Part shown: one piece after another, positions 52,380 through 64,000 of the stretch
Numbering within the stretch: the stretch's first letter is position 1
Layout: every line of letters begins with the position of its first letter
Assembly (NCBI RefSeq): GCF_009914755.1
Contig: NC_060931.1
Direction: 5' to 3' (one strand)
Origin: the human T2T-CHM13v2.0 reference genome, Homo sapiens
DNA: 64,000 bases
Notes under the pieces: model-generated
The model's input: the letters and a program-made list of their open reading frames with translations, nothing else
Told to the model about the DNA's origin: nothing
The model's database searches: none
Translations under genes and position numbers: made by a program

Positions 52380-53442
52380 CAGAAAAGCCGGGTAGATACT
52401 ATACTTTTTAAAAATTAAGAGAGAGGCAGGCACGGTGGCTCATGCCTGTAGTCCAAGCACTTTGGGAGGCTGAGGCCAGTGGATCACTTGAGGTCAGGAG
52501 TTCTCAAGACCAGCCTGGCCAACATGGTGAAACTCCATCTCTTACTAAAAATACAAAAATTAGCCAGGTGTGGTGGTGTGTGCCTGTAATCCCAGCAATT
52601 CAGGAGTCTAAGGCAGGAGAATCACTTGAACCTGGGAGACAGAGGTTGCAGCGAGCTGAGATCATGCTGCTGCACTCCAGCCTCAGTGTCAGAGGAAGAC
52701 TCCATCTCAAAAAATAAGAAGAAGAATAATTAAGAGAGATTATTTCTAAAATTATAAATGTACTGGAACTGCTAGTTAAATTCTGTCTGCTTCTAGTAGA
52801 AACTATAGTTACTAAACAAATAAAAATATAGTAGTTCCTCCTTATCCACAATTTTGCTATCTGTGACTTCAGTTACCCATAGTCAATTGTGGTCCAAAAA
52901 TATTAAATATTAAGAAAGCATTTTATGGCTTATTTTTGGTATATCCAAATTGCCAGCATCACTACTTTTGGACTCTGGGGCCATTATTAAGTAAAATAAG
53001 GGTTACTTGAACAGAAGCACTGCAATACCCGTCTGAGAGTTGACTTCATAATCGAGATGGCTACGAAGTGACTAATGGACAGGTAGCGTAAAACGCACGG
53101 ATACACTAGACAAAGGAATGATTCATATCCTGGATGAGACAGAGTGGGACAGCATGAGATGTCATCACACTACTCAGAATGGTGTGCAATTTAAAATGCA
53201 TGAGTTGTTTATTTCTGAAATTTTTCGTTTTATATTTTTGGAACACAATTGACTGCAGATAACTGAAGCCACAGAAAGCAAAACTGTAGATAAGGAGGAA
53301 TTACTGTATTTTAATTTGTTTATTAAACTTCGTTTCTACTAGAAGCAGACAGCATTTAACTAGCAGTTCCAGTGCAGTTATAACTTTAGAAATAATCTCT
53401 CTTAATTTTTAAAAAAAGTATAGTATCCACCTGCCTTTTCTG
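52380..53442. repeat. ~215-bp inverted duplication (left arm 52380-52907 split by an Alu; right arm ~53228-53442)
   Basis: 52728-52803 vs reverse complement of 53332-53407 is 72/76 identical; homology continues on both sides and across the Alu. Confidence 0.95.
52425..52727 (+). mobile_element. AluS
   Basis: Full dimer; perfect TSD aattaagagaga (52413-52424, 52728-52739). Confidence 0.95.
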
Positions 53443-53806
53443 TCAGGTTGTGTATAAACTTCCCTCCCAGCGAGTTTGAATTAATGTCATTTTGATGACC
53501 ACCATGTGTATGTGTAAGTGCAATTCTGTATCTGTGTGTGTGAAAAATTGTGTATGAATCCTTTTATTAGTTCCATTAGCCTCAATATAATTAAATTATT
53601 GTACTAAAAATATCCAGATAAGTAATTTCCAGCATACTACTATGATTTTACTTTATAAGAATTTACAAAATAGGCTTATCAATTACAAAAGGATACAGCA
53701 AAGGAGATGTGCACAAACATATTAGTATTTGTACTTATATTTACATTTATACACACATACATGGAAACTCACAAGTCATCATTAGACATGGCTTTTGGTT
53801 GACTAA

Positions 53807-54116
53807 GAGCCCTCTCTGATAGGAGAAATATAGTGCAAGCCACAAATGTAATTTTATTTCCAACAGAAATAATATGAGCCACATTTAAAAAGTGTAAAGA
53901 AATAGATGAAATACATTTTAATAATACATTTTATTGCACCCAGTACATCCAAAATACTATCTCTTCAATCTGTAATCAATATAAACATTTTTAACGAGAT
54001 ATTTTACATTCTTTTTTTCATATCAGGTCTTAGAAACCCAGTGTGTGTTTTATACTTAGAGCACACCTCCATTTGGACTAGCCACATTTGAAGTGCTTAA
54101 TATCCCTGCATGGCTT
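53807..54116. mobile_element. MER33-like hAT-Charlie element
   Basis: 'aaatatagtgcaagccac...ggactagccacatttgaagtgcttaata'. Confidence 0.8.
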
Positions 54117-54328
54117 ATGAGTGGAGCAAGGGGAAAAGGTGGAGAGGGAAGAGTACCTGTCTCTCTTCTTCTTTGCTTAAGGGCACTAATCCCATCATGA
54201 GATCCCACCCTTATGACCCCATCTGAATCTAAGCACCTCCCAAAGGCCCCACATCCTAATACTGTCACACTGGGGATTAGGGCTTCAGCCTGTGAATTTG
54301 GGGAAACACAGACATTCAGACCATAGCA
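54117..54328 (-). mobile_element. MaLR LTR fragment (MST/MLT1A-like)
   Basis: 'aagggcactaatcccatcatgag...cacctcccaaaggcccca...acattcagaccatagca'. Confidence 0.85.
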
Positions 54329-54584
54329 TTTATAACCTCAAGCTTTCACTGTCTCTATCCCAGTAAACCAGAGCTCTTGTAAGACATGTGTGTGTACACA
54401 TTAAGTGGCCTTTTTTTTTTTTGCCTGTTCTTCTTTAAGAAAACCAATATAAAATTGAAGCTAAGACACTAATTTAGGACATAATTAATTGTTGAGGTGC
54501 TTTGAAGGATCTGTATTGAAGCATTTACTGGTAAAAGTATAGAATTTAACATAGATCCATGATTAGCCAAGAAAATGACAGAAA

Positions 54585-54745
54585 ATGTGGTGGTGCATGT
54601 CTATAATCCCAGCTACTCTGGAGGCTGAGGCACAAGATCACTGGAACCCAGGAGGTGGAGGTTGCAGTGAGCCGAGATCATGCCACTGCACTCCAGCCTG
54701 GGTGACAGAGCGAGGCTTTTTATTGACATATCAAAAGAAAATAAA
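54585..54745 (+). mobile_element. Alu right arm (5'-truncated)
   Basis: Right monomer plus degenerate tail. Confidence 0.88.
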
Positions 54746-54944
54746 AGATGATAGAAAAGCCATTGTTGGTTTTTTTTTTTCCCTCCACAAGAGTCTACTC
54801 AAAAAAGTCATTGTTAAAGAGAAACAAAGAAAAAGTTAAAAATGAAATACCAATTAATTAAGTTTTCTATTTTAGTGTAGATTTTAGGAATCTGCCCAAT
54901 TTTTGCTCACCTCCCAGGTGCTTATTTCTGAACAATATTTGCCC

Positions 54945-55233
54945 TTTATTTTTTATTTATTTATTTATTTTTTTTGAGATGGAGCCTCACTCCATCGCCC
55001 AGGTTGGAGTGCAGTGATACAATCTCAGCTCACTGCAACTTCCACCTCCTGGGTTCAAGCAATTCTCTTGCCTCAGCCTCCTGAGTAGCTGGGACTACAG
55101 GCGCACGCCACCACACCTGGCTAATTTTTGTATTTTTAGTAGAGACGGAGTTTTGCCATGTTGGGCAGGCTGGTCTTGAACTCCTGACCTCCCAAAATGC
55201 TGGGATTATGGGCATGAGTCACTGTGCCTGGCC
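54945..55233 (-). mobile_element. AluS with small internal deletion
   Basis: Dimer with (TTTA)n tail. Confidence 0.92.
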
Positions 55234-57014
55234 TCATTTTTGTTTTTGATGGAATGGAATTCCTGGATTTTGAAATTCTGAAACTCTGGTTATCATGAGT
55301 GACAGTGAACAATTACTTAGATAATGGAATGATAAAAATACCAGAAATTTTTAAGGTGCTCTGTGGTTCATATTATTTATAATGTGCTTTTTTGAAATCT
55401 TCAAGATAGAATCTAATAAAAACTTTCAGACTCAGAAGTTGGAAGTAGGAGTACTGACTTCTTAGTATAAGGTGAAGCAGAAGTATATGACTCCTTGTTA
55501 CAAGGAGAAAAAGACACAAAAAGGAAGAATATGTGGTCAATACAGAAAAATAGGAATTCTTCATACGTGACTTGATAAACTAAAATAAATGAAGAATTTG
55601 AGGCATTTATTATCATAATCTCTTGTTGAGTTTGTGATGCTGAGTTTGGGAAAGAACAAACATTTTAGTTGGCTAGATGGGGAACATTGATATGAAACAA
55701 TTCAGTGGGTTACCTAGTCCTAATAAAAGAATTCCATTCCACAGCATGGAGAAAGAGAGATCAACATTAATTGACATTGAATGGATTGGAAGAAGACAAT
55801 CAACACATTTATTCATTTATTTATTCAATAAATATTTATTGGACATTTATTATTTGCTGCAGAACAGACAAGATTCCCTGCCGTTGTAGAGGTTAAATTC
55901 TGATGAGAGAGAAGTGTCCATTTTGTTGTGAGCACTGTGATGGGTTCTTCCCGTTCATTCTCTCATTTAAGTCCTGCAGCAACTTATGGCATTATCATTA
56001 TTTCCCATTTAAAGATGACCAAACTGAGTCTCAGTAAGTTGCTGAAGATTACACAGCTTGTAAATAACTGGAAAGGTAATTGATGTATACTTATTAACAG
56101 ATTCATCAAGTTACATGCATTAAATATGTACAGCATCTTGTTTGTCTGTCAGTCATATCCTAATAAAGTGGTTTCAAAAAACAAAAATCTCAGTTGGTCT
56201 GACCCCATGGATCCATAGCTCCACTACTGTACTGTCTCCTTCCATGGTCACACTTTTTATAGGAATCCCTTACCAAATGTCCACATTTAATAATTTTAGA
56301 ACATGTGAGTTTGCTCATCATTCAGTTGCATTTTTTCAGAGCAGTTATTTTGGAGTATTAGGCTTGGTTATGTCTTCAAAGAAATGACATCTGATGTGGC
56401 TGTTCTGATCTGGTTGCACAAATGGCTACTTCTCGTCAGTAACAGCAGGAAGATTTGTAATGGGCACTGTGTTCAGAAAGGTTCTGATCAGCAGCTTCCT
56501 CTTTACTAGTGTAGTCTGTGTAATTGCAAAGGACAACAAGTTATCACTAGGCTGTGTCTGCCAAGGTGGACATTGATGGAGGTGCTGTAGAAACATATAG
56601 ATTTTGTGGAGGAATAGGACGTAGGAGATGACATCAAGGAGGAAGAAAAGATAAAAAGGAAGCAAGACAGTTCCATGCACAGACCAGTCAGCTACGGTGA
56701 AGCATCCTGCAAACTGGCAAACTGATTATCAGCAGTGGCTGTCACCAGGCTCTGCCCCAGCAGGTGAGAGTTGCTACCTGCCAATTTGTTTAGACACCTT
56801 GTTTGTTATTAGATTAAGGTTTTGAATACATCTGATCCAAGAGAATGGGGCATAATCATATTTAATGTGGATTTGGCCAGACCTCAGACTACATAGCTGG
56901 AAGATTATGTCTATTCATTGCCTAAGTGAGTTTAGCATTGTTTTAAAACATTCTCTGATGGACTCATCACTATCATAATCTGTTTTCTTTTTTTTTTTTT
57001 TTTTTTCAAAGTGG

Positions 57015-57290
57015 TATGTGGTTTCAGTGTCGTCGTGAAGACTCTGTGGCTTTTTAGCCAAATCATCTTAATGCCAATCTCTTACTACTTGTGAAACCTT
57101 GGATAAATGACTTAATCTCTTGTCTCAGTTTCCTCCTCTATAAAATGGGGATAGCAATAGAACCTACTTGATAGCATTTTTGTGAGTAAAGCACTTTGAA
57201 GAGTGCTTGGCACATGGTAAATGCTGTAGGCATTAGCTAGACTGCTATTACTGTGATTATTGTTATTGCTGTAGTTATTATTACACATAT
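57015..57290 (+). mobile_element. MIR SINE, near full length
   Basis: 'tctcagtttcctcctctataaaatggggatagcaatagaacctac'. Confidence 0.88.
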
Positions 57291-57718
57291 GTTATTACAC
57301 CAAACTTAAATTGGTCACCATTATCCTCTTAGCATCAAATGACAGATGAACAAGAGCATTTACTTTTAGATTCCTGGCACTTTGCCTATGAGTGTTGTCA
57401 TTTTTATCAGCCATAAAATAACTTATGAGTTTAATAAAATATCGTATGCCATAGTAGCCAGGCATTTAGAGAATACTTGGGAGGAAGTGCAGCAGAAGCA
57501 GCAATGGTGATAGTCTGGGCTTCTATCACAGGGTGGGACAGACCTTGGAGATATGCTGTCTCCTCTGTACTTGATCTTTCATGTGCCATCTGGAGTCTTC
57601 CCTCTTGCTCAAAGGCCTGGGTCAGTGCATCCTTAGTGGCTCAGTTTGAATGGGGATTTCACTCAGTGATGAGATGATGTGGACACAGAAACTAGTTGTG
57701 ATAAAAGTTGGTAGTTGC

Positions 57719-58191
<473 letters not shown>

Positions 58192-59384
58192 CTATAGAGT
58201 AATCCTAAATCAGAAAACCATGTCATGATATCAGGCTTAATTTTAACAGCCAGAAAAAAAAAATCGCCACCAAGATATAAAACATTTTACAAAATGAATG
58301 AGGGAAGAGATTTTGAGCACAGTATTGGTAAAGTAGAGTTCAAGGGGTGAGAGATGTGATACACCACACCGTCCCCACGGAAAAACAGCAATACAAAATG
58401 AACTGTATCATTTTTTACTGACTTGTTCTGTTGGTGATTGAGGCATTTCAGTGCACAACCAGGAAAATAATAGGTTACTTTCACAATGGTAGAAGTTTAA
58501 CAAATGCTCAATTATTCACCCTACATCATCGCTGTCATTGGTGAGAGTTTTACTGTATGATATTGATGCCTGGCTTCTTTCTTATTGCTGTATTCTTTTC
58601 AGATTCAATCTGTCTGCAATGGGCCACTAAACATTTCAATTTGCTACCTGTGGAGCTGGATTGCAATGCTCAGACTGAAATGAGAAAAATGGATTTAGTG
58701 AAACTCAAAATAGAGAGAGTTTCATGGATTTTTGTGGAAGGATGCACAAACTGAAACCCACTGATAAAAATACACACGATCACTTTTGAGTGTCTCATAA
58801 AAGTACATGGTATTAAGCAATTCATGGATGTTTTTAGGGAAAATAGACTCAGTGAGATGGAGACTGACAAGACTCCCAACACTTAGGGGAACTCAGACTC
58901 TGTCAATCTGGGGTGTAGTTGTGTATACTCAGTGCCATTATCATAGTCCTTGAATACAGTATTTGTAAAGCCGTACTTGTTTAGGTGCACTTAAGAGAGC
59001 TGAGCTAGCAAAGAACAGGATAAAGTCCAAATTATTTTCTGGCCAACCCTAGCATTTAGTTTTTTCCTAGCAGGAATCATTTAGGAGATTTCCTGGTTGG
59101 GAGAGAGGGTTCATTTCATATGGGTGCCTCTTATTATTGTCATTTCCTGACTGTTGCCCATAGTTCTTGACTGACTGTAGTACTCACTGTCTTACCATGC
59201 CTTCCTGTTTATTTATTTATTTATGCCCATTTTGGATTTATTTTTCTCTTTGACTATCAAGATGCTCTAAAAGTTTCCCCACATTGCCTAAATTTGAGCT
59301 CCATGAAATAAAGTGGATTTGACAAACATCAAGAACATTCAGAAGTACTTGATAGAAAATGCAAGTATTAAGAATTAGAGGCTT

Positions 59385-60482
<1,098 letters not shown>

Positions 60483-60896
60483 ATAGCTAAGAATTCTTAT
60501 CTGGGAAGACAAAGTAAAGGGTTAATAAAGACAAGTCCTCATATGCAGTAGGTTTTATAAGAATAACCAACTCATCTCCTCTTCTACAGAGTTGCCTAAG
60601 TAAGAAAAGATAATTTATAGTGGAAGGAATATGGACCATGTTCATTCCTACCAACTAGATTGTGACCTCCCTCAGAATGGGGATTATTCTTTGACTTACC
60701 AATTATTTTTTTTTCACAAAGTTACATAACAGTCATTAATTTCATCATTCTGAAATATTCATAAGAGCTTGCTGTGCTATAGGCATTATGTTAGTCTTGG
60801 GGATATAAATGTGAGTAAGATAGATATCATCTAGAATTAAGGTTCTGTTTGAATAGAAAGACCAAAAAATAAGTAAACAAACACAAGAAAAGTATT

Positions 60897-61281
60897 TGAT
60901 ATGGTTAGGCTTTGTGTCCCTACCCACATCTCCTCTTGGATTGTAATCCTCATAATCACCATGTGTCAAGGGAGAGACCAGGTGGAGGTAATTGAATCAT
61001 GGGGGGTGGTTTCCCCTATGCTGTTCTCGTGATAGTGAATGAGTTCTCATGAGATCTGATGGTTTTATAAGGGGCTCTTTCCCCATCGCTTGGCACTTCT
61101 CCTTCTTGCCTCCTTGTGAAGAAGGTGCCTTGCTTCCCCTTCACCTTCTGCCGTGACTGTAAGTTTTCTGAGCCTCCCCCGCCCCAAGCATGCTGAACTG
61201 TGAGCCAATTAAACCTCTTTCCTTTATAAATTACCCAATTTCAGGCAGTTCTTTATAGCAGTATGAAAATAGACTAGTACA
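60897..61281 (+). mobile_element. THE1C solo LTR (MaLR)
   Basis: tgatatggttaggc...actagtaca, TSD gtatt/gtatc. Confidence 0.92.
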
Positions 61282-61877
61282 GTATCATAGAACATAAGAG
61301 CTATAATGGAAACCAATAGGAAGCTGAGACATAGAAATATGGCGGGGAATTTGGTCTATACTGCTTGATAGGATACACAGAGCCTTGGATGTGGGCACAA
61401 CCACTGTCAGGCCCACCCTCACACCAGCATCAGTACTAGGTAGAAGCTTTCTAGAGTTGGGAGAGAGTTTTTTCTGCAAAAAACTCTTTTGCAGTTTAAA
61501 GGGAAGATAACCTGAGGACAGGCTGACCATGGACTAGGCAAGAGCCAAGGGAGTGACAGACAGCTGGAGCCACAGTTCACCGTCCTGGAACCCTCCCCAC
61601 CTTCTGACTAACTGTTGCATCCTCTTGCTGCTGAAAGCCTACTGACGGAGAGGTCACCTTGGATGTTTCTTCCATAGTCTGTATTGTATGTTCAGGAATT
61701 TTAGGAACCAATTGTGTTAGCAAGTCATCCCCATTTTACCAGAGTGAGAACAAAGCCTCTAGTGGTGTAGTGACTTGCCTAAGACTCAGCCAGGATTCAA
61801 TTCCTGATCTTTAGAACTCAAATCTAGCTGTCTTTTCCATTCATATTATAATGATTGTCATAATATAATAAAAGTAA

Positions 61878-62168
61878 CAATTGGCCCCCCATATTCCTGG
61901 GTTTTGCATCCAGTTCAACTGAGTATAAATCAAAACATCATTGCATCTGTATTGAGCATGTACAGACTTTTTTTGCACAACTGTTTACATAGTGTTTACA
62001 TTGTATTAGGTATTGTAAGTAACCTAGCGATGATTTAAAGTATGTGGGAGGATGTGCGTAGGTTACATGCCAATACTACATCATTTTATATCAGGTACTT
62101 GAGCATCCATGGGCAGTGGGCTGGGTTGGTCCTGGAACCAGTCCCCATACAGATACCAGGAATGACTG
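61878..62168. mobile_element. MER2 (Tigger-type MITE)
   Basis: 'tttacatagtgtttacattgtattaggtattgtaagtaacctag...ggtcctggaaccagtcccc'. Confidence 0.85.
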
Positions 62169-62524
62169 CACTAGACTACAAAAGAGCAAACAGATTTGGA
62201 CTTTAGCCTCTACTCTGCTACTGTGTGACCTTGAGAAAGACATCACATCTCTGGGCTTCGTTTTTCTCTGTGGTATGATGGGGTAGGTTATATCTGTTGA
62301 TCTCCAGCTCTTCTTATGGTTCTAATACCTGATTCCATTAATATTTCTTCTTCTGTTTTTTCTTTACTCCTCAAAATCATCATGATCATCACAAAAGAGC
62401 AGCAGTTTTTTCCTGGGTTGTATAAATAAAGGAGGCTAGACAGCAGAGAATGGAAACTGTGGGCAGCCTTGTACTGGGTATTCCAGTATCTCTAATTCCA
62501 AACTAGTATATGTTTTTAAATAAT

Positions 62525-62635
62525 TTCTTTTAGAGACAGGGTCTTGCTATGTTGCCCAGGCTGGCCTCAAACTCCTGGGCTAAAGTAGTTCCCCTGCTTT
62601 AGCCTCCTGAGTAGCTGGGACTACAGTTGTGCCCA
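62525..62635 (-). mobile_element. Alu monomer fragment
   Basis: 'agagacagggtcttgctatgttgcccaggctgg'. Confidence 0.85.
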
Positions 62636-63496
62636 AATCAGTTATTTTCCAGACTTCAGTGTTCTCATTATCCTTTCATTTCTTGTGGCTACCACTGAAC
62701 ACTTTAGCTAGAAAAGGTGAAACCTGACTGCAGACCACAAAAACGGATCCGGTCTCTTAGCTCCTTTCTCTGCCACCCTCAAAGTAGCCATTAAATCTTT
62801 CACATTTTCTAATGACTTTTTTTTTTTTTGGAAGGGGGAGAAATTGGGAATGCAAGCAATGGGAGAGATACAAGTTATAGTAATATAAAAAGTTATAGTA
62901 ATTCAGTCATACAGTATAAAAACCCTTATATTTTGTGTGAATATAGGAAATTTTCTTTTCTTTTTTCTTTGAGGGCCTTATCTCTGCTCTTGTCTGCTGA
63001 ATTCAAAGCTGACCACTTTCTACCTCTTCTGCATTTTGTGTGTTGTTTCAGCAGACATTGTTCGTTGTTTTCTTTTCACTGTTAGAGGCTTTCAGAGAGA
63101 GAAAGGAAGGGAAGAGAAGGGAGGATGCTAGGGTACCAGTGCCCTTTCACTCCTAAATTCTCATGAGTCTGTACTATAGACCCATGAGGCTGAGCAGTTT
63201 ACTTCCCATGTTAACTCTAATTCTTAGTCTAGAAAGCATATTTTTTTCATTGGAATGTTACTGTCAAATTGCTATATTATTCCTGTTCAAATGGGGAGAA
63301 CCATTTATAGGTGATGCAGAATCATTAAAGCAGTTAACTCTGCTGGAGAAGGTGGAAGGCACATGGTATCTCAATTGAGAAATTCTTTTCCTGCTTCTTT
63401 AAATTATTAAAGTCAAATACTTAAAGAGTACATGCTACAACACTACATTCAAAAAGGTTTATTCTAGCATGATACTTAAGTATTCTTTTTCTAGAT

Positions 63497-63700
63497 GCAT
63501 TTCATTCATTTAGGCATCCATTCATCAAATGTTTATTGAATACTTACAATGTGCAGGGCACTACAGAGTGCTGGGCATGTAGCAATGAAAAGTTGACATG
63601 GGACTCTGTCTTTAAGTGGCTTTCACTGTGTTGGAGAAAACAAATGGAAAAATGTAAGGGCTTGTTATAGAGCTGAAATACTTGTATATGGGAGCGAGTC
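63497..63700 (-). mobile_element. L2 3' fragment
   Basis: 'cattcatcaaatgtttattgaatacttacaatgtgcagggcac'. Confidence 0.75.
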
Positions 63701-64000
63701 TTGGGTGAATGCAACCTATGTATACAGATAAGGATTTAGAAAAATGTAAGAGCAAAAATACTGCTTTAGAAGGATCTGTAAGAGACATTCTGCCTATTCA
63801 CAGAATAGTGTATACTTATTACATCTAATCTTGCCTGATAGACTTGAAAACATAAAATGGTTTTTAATATAGATTATGATATGGTCTCCTGTCATGACAT
63901 ATAGAAATGGAAATGCCCCCAAAAAAGAGCTTACTTCTAGAATATGTTTGTAATTATAGGATTTATTTGTTTTACACTACTTAGAAAATATTCTTTGGCC

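Larger units (their letters stand above)
48679..53306. mobile_element. MER44 (Tigger7-derived MITE), in three pieces: 48679-48860, 52255-52378, 52910-53306
   Basis: Both terminal inverted repeats (TIRs) with flanking TA; consensus sequence resumes after each insertion. Confidence 0.88.

Overview
This is primate genomic DNA, very probably human: it carries an AluYa5-type element alongside AluY, AluS and AluJ, L1PB/L1MA/L1MB, THE1, MLT2A2 and MER31/34/65. It is AT-rich, CpG-depleted and non-coding. I find no credible protein-coding exon, RNA gene or CpG island. The supplied ORFs are repeat-derived or spurious, except fragments of a dead Tigger4 (Zombi) pogo/Jerky-like transposase at about 50.0-51.85 kb. 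The window looks like the inside of a very large intron (T-rich + strand by eye) or intergenic DNA; I cannot name the locus. A large part of it is recognisable interspersed repeat, with a solo-LTR cluster at 28.8-47 kb. I see no evidence for a new gene system. The real unexplained signals are rearrangement and retroposition footprints. (1) A ~750 bp micro-inversion split one THE1A LTR into oppositely oriented halves, and the target-site duplication (TSD) can be recovered across it. (2) A ~215 bp templated inverted duplication of a MER44 end plus unique flank sits inside the same MER44. (3) A polyadenylated, TSD-flanked retrocopy of an ERV1 LTR 3' end. (4) A tailless, 3'-truncated Alu with an intact TSD. 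(5) Several fold-back quasi-palindromes, one with pre-miRNA-like geometry. Repeat family names come from my memory of consensus sequences, not from a search; boundaries of old repeats are approximate.
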